DNA from: Phoronis australis
Taxonomy: Eukaryota; Animalia; Phoronida
NCBI GenBank assembly: GCA_002633005.1
Contig: NMRA01000671.1
Location: 62,001 to 126,000, forward strand
Direction of reading: 5' to 3'
Length of the DNA stretch: 64,000 nucleotides
Positions 26,219-37,364 of the stretch are shown here, piece by piece (positions within the stretch are counted from its first letter, which is position 1; each line of letters opens with the position of its first letter). The notes beneath the pieces are model-generated. The model had not been told where the DNA came from. It saw only the letters and a program-made list of their open reading frames with translations, and made no database searches. A program made the position numbers and the translations under genes.

Positions 26219-26964
26219 GTAGGTTCCATCTGTCATCGGTCGTAAGAGGGTGGGTCCAACTACGATTTTCTAATTATCAAAAATGTTCACATTGTCCTTG
26301 AAACGTCTGCCGACGGGGATTTGGTCGTGTCTGAAGGACGCACTGCCTAAATACGCCTAAATGTATAGCCTTATCTGTCACATAATGTCATTTTCTCTAG
26401 GCTCGAACACTTATACTTTTTTTCCTAGCAACGCATTATAGTGAACTTTACATGCAACAAAAACAACCTTTCCAAGTTGAAACGAATTGCAGTACGTGAA
26501 TTCATGAACAATTAAAACTGGCCATCTTTTCACAAAGTCTTAGAAATCTCCGCTTATTAGTTGGGAGTGTCAGTAGTGAAACTTTACAATAATAATTGAT
26601 AATTATAAGGCAAATGATGTAGAGTGATGGTAACAAAACTCAGTCATTAATGTCAGTTTCAAAAACGGGCTCGTTCCTTCAACTACGGGCAAAACAAGCA
26701 AATGGATGTGTAAGTGAAAGAAAAAATGTACTAACAGTGGATATAATGGCCCATGTCAATCCATCAATATTAATTTGAAAAAGTAAGGATCACCGCACTC
26801 CTAAAATTTTGTTGGGAGCCTGACGGTTGAAAGTAGCCATTAGACAGTGGGTTCAGTTTGATGAATAGTTTTTGTTTATTTGTACGGTCTTGCAAGCTTA
26901 TGGTGTTTGTAAGCAAGGATTTAATCATTTACCGAGTGCAAAAACAGTGTGTGAATCATTTCAG

Positions 26965-27078
26965 AACAACACGTGCTTGATTGGAGGTTTCTGCTACTCT
27001 CCTGAAGAAGCCAATCCAGCCAACGCCTGCGAACAATGTTCTGTGACAACGGACGAATATGGCTGGACGCCCAAATAC
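26965..27078 (+). CDS. VWDE: VWDE-like gene 1, Cys4 module exon 1 (114 nt)
   Basis: TTTCAG...GTGAGT, phase 0-0; NNTCLIGGFCYSPEEANPANACEQCSVTTDEYGWTPKY. Confidence 0.87.
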
Positions 27079-30012
27079 GTGAGTACATATAAGAATGCCA
27101 AGAACGTGTTTACTGATTGCATCATAGACTATAATCTATGATTGCATTCGCTAGGGTACATTTATGTATGCAACTAAAGATGACGACGATGGTTGAATTA
27201 CATTAACGAGGATAATGACGGGCTTCTTTGGCGATCGGCTCGAACTGAAATACATGTACACCGTAAAGATAACACGGTGTGGATATAGACTTCATGATCC
27301 TTTTGGGATTCGATTTCGATGGATGACGGCCACTGTTTTTGTTTTTGAACAACAAAGGCATTTGAATCGTGAGAGTTATTTATATCCTTTCACGCTTTGC
27401 CATATTTCACAGCTAAACCACATAATAGGAAATGGTGCAACTGTTCAATAACTGTATCATACAGACCCGTAGCAGGCGGCGGTTGCGTTCCTTCTAATAT
27501 TGTGAAAACGTCAGGGTGAAACCCTGGTGACCGCCTTGGGTCTATGACCGGAGACAGGAACAGTCGAGATAAACAAGCACGGAGAAACTTACAGAGGAAA
27601 GAACATTTAAGAAGAGATATGTAAACTATCAGTCACGTGACTGGATTAATTATACCCTTCCCTTTGAGGCCAGTTTTAAATGTACCGGTATTCAGTTACT
27701 ACACTTTAGATTATCTAATTGTATTTGAATACGTGCTCATAACACAAAGCGTTCAAGATGACAGTCTATGAAAAATGTGATACCTCATTTCTCCAGGAAC
27801 CCCCTTCGTCAAGGGATGATAATGGAGTCAGTTGTCGCTGTCGTTATGCATTTTTCAAATATTTAGAATCATTGTGAGAATTGGCATTTCTACATGTATG
27901 TCTCTCTCTTAAAAAGTCTTTGGCTGACGGGATTGACAGTCTTGGAGTCCCTGGCGGCACTTTTGCATTTGCCTTGTTTTCTACCCAGTTCCATGGTGGG
28001 TGTTCTTGGACCTTGACAAGTACGCTTCTAAACACAGCACCTGGCCCGTTGTGGACACGTTTGGCCTCACTGTTGGCTCCCCTAAGTGTTTTTTGTCGTT
28101 GGAGAATCATGATGATGAAATGTGACGGGATTGCTCCTACGAAGTGAGGAGAGCACTTATCTCACCTTACCTGCTGCAATGACAAGAAATCTAATTTTCA
28201 CCTACATGTACATGTATCTTCATATAATGCAAAACAGAATAGAGTTGTTGGCGTGGAGGTCCGCGGCCGTTGATGTGAACTCTGACCTCCATCCGATAAC
28301 CCTCTTGTGAGCGGAATTACCAAAGGTCTCCAATTTGCTAAAAATTCCACTAAGTGAACAATGAATTCAAAAATGTTGCTATTTAGTATACATGTAGGTG
28401 TGCTGGGTTATGTACTGTATTGCCACTTGAACGCCAGCATTCTTATTTATTTTGTTCTGGTAATCTGCAAAGTCTCATTGGTGTCTGATATCTGTTTATG
28501 TGCTTATGTATCTACATTGTACATGTACAAAACCAATGGAGAAGCTAATCTAGTAAGACAATGGTGATGGGTTCAGTGGATTTAGCTGCAGGCTGAACTT
28601 TGGGAAAATCTTCGTCACCCGACCCAAAACATCCACGAAGCCGTGTCAGCAAAGGAGTATAAAACAGACTATAAGGCAGTCCATCCCTTAACCGCACCCC
28701 TTGAAAATGTACCTTTAGAACATGATCCAAATAATGTGGCCTTTTTCAAATTCGACTTTCGTCAGGAAATGAATGTTGACTTTAGGCCTCATTTTATCCT
28801 TCAAAATTACAGTACCCGAGGATTTCTGGGCCATGTTCTGTCTACTCAATTCTTATGTCATTCTAACTGTATTTTCTGGATTTCGATGACTCAGTGCATC
28901 AGGTCCCTTTGGCACTTGAATGAAGTTGACTGCAAAAAACTACCCATATCTAAAGCGTGAAGCTTGTATTGAGGCTTTAAAGTGATTTTTCCTAAAGTTA
29001 GTCGCACTGGTAGCCAAAAGATTGGTGGTTGGCTCCTTAGGGTTCATCATTCAAACAATAAAGTCTGCAAACTTACACTGGTTCAAAATTTGGCAAGGAT
29101 TAGGGGAGCTGAGCACAAGTGACAGTGATAAGGAGAAAAACGAGTAATTTAAAAATTCGTGAGAGGCAAACGTTTAGCGGAGTAAAGTCGATGGGTGTGG
29201 CACTACGAAACGGAATCAAATTATTGTACCGTAGGTACTCACAGGTCCATCCAGTCGCTTTTTCCACTCTCTGCCAGAACAGCGAATCAAGTCGTCTGCC
29301 ACCTCGTGGTCATAGATTTTGACCTGATGACGTCATATGAAATTACGTCGAATCTCCTAGGGAACAAAAGCTTTTGAAACGCAAACACTTGGTCACAAAT
29401 TCTTCCACACCCTGATGAAGGGTGGTTCCCATGTTTGCCAAGAAGTGACAGCTCGTTATTTCTCGAGATTATGGTCGACGCATAAAATGTCACGCTGTGA
29501 CAAGTCAACCTGTAAAGCCAGATTTCAAGCAACTGTCACTTCTTTCTTCAAAGCCCTTAAGTCATCTCCAGCTTGACCAAGGAACAATTTGAGACTAATT
29601 TTGTAAGTGTTCAAAATCAAAAGTTGATTTATGCGATACAATAGTGGATTAAGTTTTTACAAAAGACAAAGTCTAAGTAAAAGGAAAGAATTCTAAAAAG
29701 AATTCAGTTGGTAGAAAAAACGGAAAATGAAATTTATAGTCGATATTTTGCGATCAGTGAAGTCAGAATTGAAAAATAGAAAATTTCCTGTTTTCCCTGT
29801 GATTTTTGTTTGCCATTTTGGCTACAAGAAAAGCAAGTACCCGCTTAAGTCCCTGTATCCGCCTATATGCGATAGAAGATGGGTTTGTGGCCATTTTTAT
29901 TTTCTGTTTGTAATTCTCCTTCAGTAGAAGATGGTGTATTTACAATATTACGGTGTTTTCCACAATTTGTATCTTTTTCATGCTTGATCAGTCACGTTTT
30001 TCCTCTTTGCAG

Positions 30013-30126
30013 AATAAATCCTGTCTGATCAGCGGGGTATGTTACGAGAACGACCAAACAAACCCCAACAACGACTGTCAGTTGTGCTCGTCCAGCAATG
30101 ATACAGGTTCTTGGTCACAAAAATTC
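30013..30126 (+). CDS. VWDE: VWDE-like gene 1, Cys4 module exon 2 (114 nt)
   Basis: TTGCAG...GTAAGT, phase 0-0; NKSCLISGVCYENDQTNPNNDCQLCSSSNDTGSWSQKF. Confidence 0.87.
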
Positions 30127-30514
30127 GTAAGTTTCACTTCTGTTTGTATTTTCAACACACATTAAACTTTTGAGGAGCAGCCACTCTGTTACTTGTGGAT
30201 TGCTTCAAGGTACACTCGGAGTTCCCGATTTATTAGTTGGTACTTCAAAGATATCTAGACCCAGACTCCTAGTCCAGATACAGGCAAGTTACTGTGTGCT
30301 TGGTATTACGCTGTGTAATACTCGTACCCACAAATGTTGAGCGTGACAGTGCCCAAACTTTGTTTTTTCCCTGACTTATGAGTAGGGACGTCACAGATTA
30401 CATGTACACAGCGACACTCGAATCTCGACGTACATGTATTTACCCACAATGCCTCAGTATCCGTCAAGCACGTTGGTATACTCGTTTTCACGCCATTGAA
30501 GTTAATCATGCCGT

Positions 30515-30688
30515 TTGTTGTTGTACACGTATTCCTTACAAGACTTTTCTCTGTTGCATTAATCCATTCGTATATGAAATTCCAATGCCTACGAAGTATT
30601 GTTGTTGTACACGCATTCCTTACAAGACTTTTCTCTGTCGCATTACTCCATTCGTACGTGCATTTCCAATTCTTACGAAGTATTGTTG
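30515..30688. repeat. Tandem duplication, 84 bp x2
   Basis: GTTGTTGTACACG.ATTCCTTACAAGACTTTTCTCTGT at 30517 and 30601. Confidence 0.8.
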
Positions 30689-32493
30689 CAAATAGTCCGA
30701 CGGGAAAAAGTTTTATGAACATGGCAAAAATCGTGAATTTAAGTTTTCGCCTTCCCGAAAGTGACCTTCGAGTGGATAAGCAGCATTTCTGATGTTGTGG
30801 TAGTTAGGCGACTTTCTTCTAATGATAAGGTTGGTAAATTGTACTTATCCCATATACATGTATATGAACATATGGCCATTGTATATGTGACGTATTAAAC
30901 TGTGATATACGGGAAATTAGAGCCAATTCGTACATCTATATCGCAGTAAAAGCTGTATTCAACAGTAGAAGCCGTATTTCACGCTTGGTGTGCAGTCTGC
31001 TGGTGGAGTAAATTCGCATGTACAACGCCAAATTTATAGAGGTCAATCATTTGGGTTACCCAAATCATTAATTCAAGGCATCGCTCCTGAAAAATCAGTT
31101 TTACTGCTCTTAAAATAGAAGATAATTTTTTACCGACACTCGGTTATCAGGGGGCTAATTTTGGGCCTCGCTGAAGTGTCAATCGGGGTCATCATAAATG
31201 TACATGTAAATAGGTCAAACTGAGAAAGGTCACCGGAATCTAATTCAGATCCGACAAAAAAGTTCCGTTATGGATGCATTCAGCATATGTACTTTGGGAT
31301 CTAAGGTCTTGGCAGGAAATCAAGACCTAATAACGAGTATGTGCTTTTTTACTGAAGCAATCGTCTGCTCGCAGCGTTCAACTCTCCATCGCCGGTCGTG
31401 GCTTATAAGTTCTGCTTTGCGATAGTCCTTACCTCATGTTTAGCAAATCAGCACAATTTCCACCGTTATTTTCCAATGCCGTGATCAACATTGGGAAATG
31501 TTTCTATTGCTAATGCAAATTTCAGAAGCTAAAACACGAAAATAGACCAAGAAAACTAAGAAATTCATCGAAGCTGACAACAAGCTCTTCAGTGCAGACA
31601 ACTCAGATCAGGGAATGTTTCAATTTTTATCTTCCCGAATGGATTGTTTCTAAGTTTTCGAAAAACGTTAATTTGATATAATTGAGTGGTTCAATGTTTT
31701 AACTTGTCTATTTCAAAATCTAAAGATTCCGAAGAATTTGTTACAAAATAATAATTTACTGGTTATTCAACACTTTCACAAATTCAGTCTTCAAGCTTAA
31801 CCAGTTTTGGTACCGTACTTGGCATTCATTTGACGTCATGTAACAACAAGCCGGATCACAGGGCAACAAGGTATTGCCACGATGATGCAAATAAGTCCAA
31901 ATATATGGAATAAATAGACCTTCGGTCTCGTTGGGACATTCCCAGATGAACTATATTCTCGATAGGATATGGCAATAGTATTCCTATGTGTGTGGGATAA
32001 CCTATATGTACCGTATTCACTACTTCAAATAATAATTATTTTGTGGAGAACGCCAAGCCTCGCGCGATTCTGCTCATGGGGAATTACATGTACATGTACT
32101 TATGATAGAACTTGAACAAAGAGATAAGTTCTTCACACTTTTTAGTTTTCGCTCATCTGTCTATACGACATGTACCTCCACAACAAGGCATGCGCACTGA
32201 TGCCCACACGGCGTATCGTTCGTCATCCTTTCACTTGCCTCGTCTGATGTACAGATGGCGCTGTGATGGAGAATACTAAAGTACATAGTCAATGAGTGGC
32301 GAAAACGTCTCGTAGACTAAACAGGCGCGGTGAGAATGAAGAACTTCCTGTGCATTTTCACTCAAATAATTGCAAGGCACTCAACGTATATTTCAGTAAC
32401 AATGTATAAGTTGAAAAGACCGATTTCTCGTTACCTTTGCAATGAGTTTCCCTACATACAGTATACTTGTAATGAAATGTTGGTTCTTTATAG

Positions 32494-32607
32494 GATGCTT
32501 CTTGTCTGATTGGCGGAACATGTTACGTTGAAGGTCACACGAATTCAGCCAACGACTGTGAAGTGTGTCGCTCAGCTACAGCCTCAAACGCATGGGCACA
32601 GAAATTT
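32494..32607 (+). CDS. VWDE: VWDE-like gene 1, Cys4 module exon 3 (114 nt; not in the ORF track)
   Basis: TTATAG...GTACGT, phase 0-0; DASCLIGGTCYVEGHTNSANDCEVCRSATASNAWAQKF. Confidence 0.85.
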
Positions 32608-33387
32608 GTACGTAGTGCAAACTATAATTGTCTGGTTAAGTGTATGGCATTTTGGCAAATCCTGTAGTTAAGGGGCTACAAACCCGCCTTCCAGTACAAA
32701 AACAACAAAATTTGACTTAGACCGCGTATGGTTATGAAATTGGTCTCAAATTGTTCCTTAGTAAAATTGAAGATGGATTCCTTATTGCTTGAGAACAGGC
32801 TTTGAAAGTGAGCAGATCACGACGTGTCAATTTAAGAACCGAGCGGGTTCTCGAGGAATAACGAACTGCCAGCTTTCGCCAACTCTGAACCATATATCTT
32901 GTGAATAAGGGACATCTTAATACCCATTTCATAGTGGTGCACTAAGTTGCTTAAATCGAATTCGTTTCTTGGACGGCGCACATTTATACAGCGGCCAAAG
33001 TTGCTGCTGATCTCGCAGCATCACTACTGTACATGTAGCTCGTAGAATGTTATTTGAAGAACAACTGGAACTGATAGCTTATCGAGTTGTTTCGTCTTTA
33101 TAACACAATTATGTCTTGAGGTACATGTCACGTTTAAGGAACATAATTTGGCTGACGTCAAGACCTATATACGTATGTCACTGCTAGATTGGATTATTGT
33201 ATTTGAACGGATACGGAAATTTTAGAATGACTTACTGTACTTGTAATATCTAGTGACTGAAATGTTGTCGTAAAATAAAAAAACAGGTTGTAAATGTAGT
33301 TGATTTACAGCAACGTTTACTTAGAACATTTGAACAAGTTCACGATAGCATGATAATGCTACACGATTAATTTTTTTATTTAACCAG

Positions 33388-33505
33388 GTTTCTTCGTGCT
33401 TAATTGACGGAGAGTGTTTTTCAAATGGATCAAGAAATTCCCTGAATGACTGCGAGTTTTGCTCACCAGCAACGAATTCTTCCCACTGGACTTTGGAAGC
33501 AAGAA
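33388..33505 (+). CDS. VWDE: VWDE-like gene 1, Cys4 module exon 4 (not in the ORF track)
   Basis: ACCAG acceptor; VSSCLIDGECFSNGSRNSLNDCEFCSPATNSSHWTLEAR. The donor GAA/GTGTGT was chosen because it gives the phase 1 required by the next exon. Confidence 0.75.
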
Positions 33506-33884
33506 GTGTGTGAACTCTAGATCTATCTGACCGTTAAACCAGGCATTGCGTCTTCAAGATATTGAACAGGGTGGTCCAGTTCAGATTGACTGCCATATGT
33601 TGCTTGGAATCAAGTTGTAAAAAACTCCAATGTGCCTGGAGTAACTGTGATTCAGAATTTCTGCGGCAAATTTGCCATTACTTAGGAACCGTGTCTAGAA
33701 TTTGCGGTATTGTTTATATAACAGGAAATTAAGTGGGCGGAATCACTTTTTACGATTGTGACGGTTGTGTTGAAATGAAATGAAATCTACATTAGATGGC
33801 AACATGGATGGACCGGCCTGTACAATCTCTGTGTCTCTTTCTGTAGAATGACTCAACAAAATCATTCGACAGGAGATTGGTAAC

Positions 33885-34172
33885 CAATGGCGGATTTAGG
33901 GGGGGGGNATACAATTTGGCACTTCGGGTGCGAATTGCTGGCTAGCACATGCGCGCAACCTGGGGGTCTCGGGGCGGTGAATAAACAATGCATAGGCCCT
34001 TAACAAACACCGTTTACCTTTTCTTTTCTTTTTTTTTCGCCAAAAGGTCCGCAAACCCAAAAATTCGAGACCGCTGCATCCCTACATTTCAGACTGGGCG
34101 CGCTCATCTGCGACATTTCTGGTGATTCCTGTGCCCTGGCCCCCCTAACTCAAAATCCTGGATCTGCCCCTG
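33885..34172. mobile_element. G/C-run MITE with 5-bp TSD (hAT5-like, inferred)
   Basis: CAATGGCGGATTTAGG...CCTGGATCTGCCCCTG flanked by GTAAC on both sides. Confidence 0.72.
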
Positions 34173-34811
34173 GTAACACCTAGAGGGTTCATGTATTCAC
34201 GTCGATTTGTGCGTACCTGCTTAGTTCCGTTTTCGACCATCGGGCACTGTGGTCTTTCTCAAACTGATTGGATTTAGTTTGAAGATGACAGCCCTTCGTG
34301 GTCGTGTCCCTGAGCAGTGCGGTGGATGAGGGGTACAACTGGAACTTGCAGCAATTTCTATTCATACCCTGGTTGCCACTTTCCTTGATATAAACAGACT
34401 CCGTTATCCATCTGGAAAACGTGAACCCAATCAGTGTTCATAACGTAGATTTTGATAGATTTTCAGTCGTATTTAGGGATTTAAAGCAGTTTTCTCATTC
34501 CTTCTCGCCTGAAATCTTCCGTCATTGCCCTGATCTTTATTGAAGTGATCAACTGGATTTAATGATGACACCATATGACGAGAATGAAAAAAGAGTCAGA
34601 CTGCATTGCTCGTATTACTTGTCACACGACCTGTAATTTCCTGTTTATCAACTTTACAAACAGTAAGATGTACGACAACAACCCATAACATTTTAGGTAG
34701 TCAATTCCTGAAACTATTTGAGTTTCCTCTAATTCTTCACGACAATTTGCAAAATTGAAACTAGTGTCGTCCGTAGCTTCAGTATCATCTCGACTTTGTA
34801 TTTTTTTTTAG

Positions 34812-35982
34812 CTTCTGGGTGTGCCGTTACTGCGGAAACTCCTGTCCAGTCTACCAGCCAAGAGGTTGGAAACCAGCAGACCTCTATTACAACAGTTCTC
34901 ACTTCAGAGGGCGCAACAAGCCCTGGGTCTTCTAACCTTCCTTCTTCAACTGCCCAATTCGACGAGACGACCAAAGGGGAACGATATGGTACTAACAATG
35001 CCTCTACTGTTGTTGAAACCACCTTTCCCGACATTGGAGGTATTGATACGACCACTGGGGCAGGTAAAAGTGATACACCTACTGTTATTGAAAACACATC
35101 TTCCGCCATTGGAGGAGTTGATACTACAATTGGAACAGGTGTAGTTGATACATCTACTATTGTTGAAACCACATCTGTTGGCATTGCAGGACATGATACG
35201 ACAACTGGGGCAGACGCACAAATAACTAGCAGTGAACATGTAGGGACAACAACACCCAAAACTTTTGAAGCTACAGAGACCACGATCCGCGACACCACTA
35301 TCAGTTACTTTGCGACCGTGGGAAGCAGTCACGGTCCTCTTGACGTCACAGACACTGAGAGAGAGGTTACGACAACTGTAGGGACAGACAAAGAGACGAC
35401 TGCTGAAGACACAGCGGATACACTGGATAAAGGTACGACTGCTGCCACTGCAGATCAGGAGAGCACTACTGGTGAAGACGTACAAGTACATACGACAGAA
35501 TCTATATCCAAGACGAATACATTGGTGGAAGGTACAGAAATAACCCGCAGTCATGTGGAGACAATTACGACCTTGAGCACCGCCACTGAAACCCCTGCTC
35601 AAGTCACAAAAAATGAGAGGACAACATCCGCATTACAGGCAATAACTAAAACGACTGAGACTGAACGCACAACCAACGTTTACTCTAAAGCGCTGTTAAC
35701 AACCCTACACGGGACTACTAGGAATGGAGGGATAAAAATATCCACAGCAGTCACTGATGAAGAGACGACAATTCTTAACAATGAAAAGTCAACTAGCAAC
35801 TCGCACACTAGCGACACTACCGTGGCAGCGACTACTGAAGTAACTGAGAGATCATCAGGTGGTCATAGTGGAACGGAGATGCGCCCGCTATACGTTGGTC
35901 TAATAGCAGGCTCGTGCGTTCTTGTAGTGGTACTTACTGTGATCGCCGCTGTCGTTTGTCACGTAGGAAAAGGTAAAACAAG
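34812..35982 (+). CDS. VWDE: VWDE-like gene 1, large exon: Thr/Ser-rich mucin-like stalk and transmembrane helix
   Basis: T-run + AG acceptor (phase 1); about 390 open codons, very Thr-rich; hydrophobic LYVGLIAGSCVLVVVLTVIAAVVC followed by GKGKTR; AAG/GTAAGT donor (phase 2). Confidence 0.82.
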
Positions 35983-36446
35983 GTAAGTTGACTCAAACTG
36001 CTTGCATAAATTAAGTGTCAATAAAACGATTAACCTAAGGCTCCATACCACAAAACGTCAATAGAGACCCGACGAGAATCAGACCGCTTTGTAGCCAATG
36101 AATATACCTTCTGCGTTCAATCGTTTGGGGTCTTGGTATTTAAGTTTAAATTGGAGTCGAAATTTATGTAATATGACGTGTTTTCTGGCACAGTGCGGTC
36201 GCATGAATGACACAGTGAGTTAACAATCATTTGTCTTCAGTGCTTTCTTGGGAAACTTCCAAGAAGGAACAACAGCATGAGCGCCAAAATGAAAGAGACA
36301 AAAATACCGCACAAGTATATAGAACGCAAGTAATTACAAGAACAGTCAGATGTGTTCACAAGATAAAAAAAATGTTTAAGTGTCAACATGGCAATGATAT
36401 ATGACCTTTGACCTTTCCACACAAAACGAATACGGGGAAACTGGAG

Positions 36447-36478
36447 AATATATATATATATATATATATATCCATGTT

Positions 36479-36535
<57 letters not shown>

Positions 36536-36606
36536 GCCTGCCTGTCTGTTTGTCTCTCTGTATGTCTGTATGCGTGCGTGGATGCATGTGCTGTATGTAT
36601 GTATGT
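36447..36606. repeat. Compound microsatellite (TA)n-(TCTG)n-(TATG)n
   Basis: Seen directly. Confidence 0.95.
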
Positions 36607-37117
36607 TTATAATGTAAACGAACGTACGAAAAGCAAAAATATCAAAGCACACTGGTCAAAATAAAAACGAATTCGGGCACAAAAGATAATTACATGAAAC
36701 AGCAATGTGAACTGTAAATTTAGGTAAGGGGAAACGCTCAAACCAAAGAGGGTAAACGTGAATAACTGCGTATGCAGTAACAAAGCGTGTAGCGGGCTGT
36801 TTGTAAAATAAATCACTAAGTACATGTATATTCACCGTTTAGTTTGACAAGCAAAATTGCTTTTTCTGTGATTTAGACGTTCCTGCTCGCTTTTCCTATT
36901 CATAGTCATGCATTAGAAGACAATGGTTGCAGGTGATCAGCACAATCGGTCCACCTTCAGCCGCCTGTAAACGTCTGCTACAACGTGTACCAGAAGCCTG
37001 CAATTGTGTGCACGTTCTTTTGGAAGGAATTAAACTATTTAGTACATTTTAGAGTAAATAATCATACATGTACTGTATGTCCACTACACAACATGCTTTC
37101 TTTTAAATCTCTTTCAG

Positions 37118-37304
37118 AGGGGTCGTTACGCCATGCGACGGCCCCCAGGACGTACATGAAGATCAAAATCCAGTTTACTCGAAATATCGCAGTGTGCTTC
37201 CTCCTTCTGCGCAATCCAAGTCTTCAAGCGTTGGACCAGAGCCATGGACATCCAACAGCAGACCAGTGTCCGCCTCTTCATTTTTTGCGAATATTGAAGT
37301 CTGA
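37118..37304 (+). CDS. VWDE: VWDE-like gene 1, terminal exon: cytoplasmic tail
   Basis: Strong pyrimidine tract + CAG; phase 2 gives (R)GVVTPCDGPQDVHEDQNPVYSKY...FFANIEV-stop (TGA 37302-37304). This frame differs from the ORF track entry. Confidence 0.7.
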
Positions 37305-37364
37305 CTTTCGCCCGTTTGCCTAATGTTTGCGTACCTTTATAATATTACATGTAGCTTACTTTAA

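Noticed and set aside
34729-35602. Antisense ORFs of 189 and 218 aa
   Set aside because: Shadows of the Thr-rich coding exon on the + strand.
36241-36280. Alternative terminal exon after TCTTCAG at 36240
   Set aside because: Phase 2 gives only SAFLGNFQEGTTA-stop; the 37118 exon has a stronger acceptor and motif-bearing tail. A minor isoform cannot be excluded.
36237-36664. RQTD- and CLSV-repeat ORFs
   Set aside because: Translations of a microsatellite.
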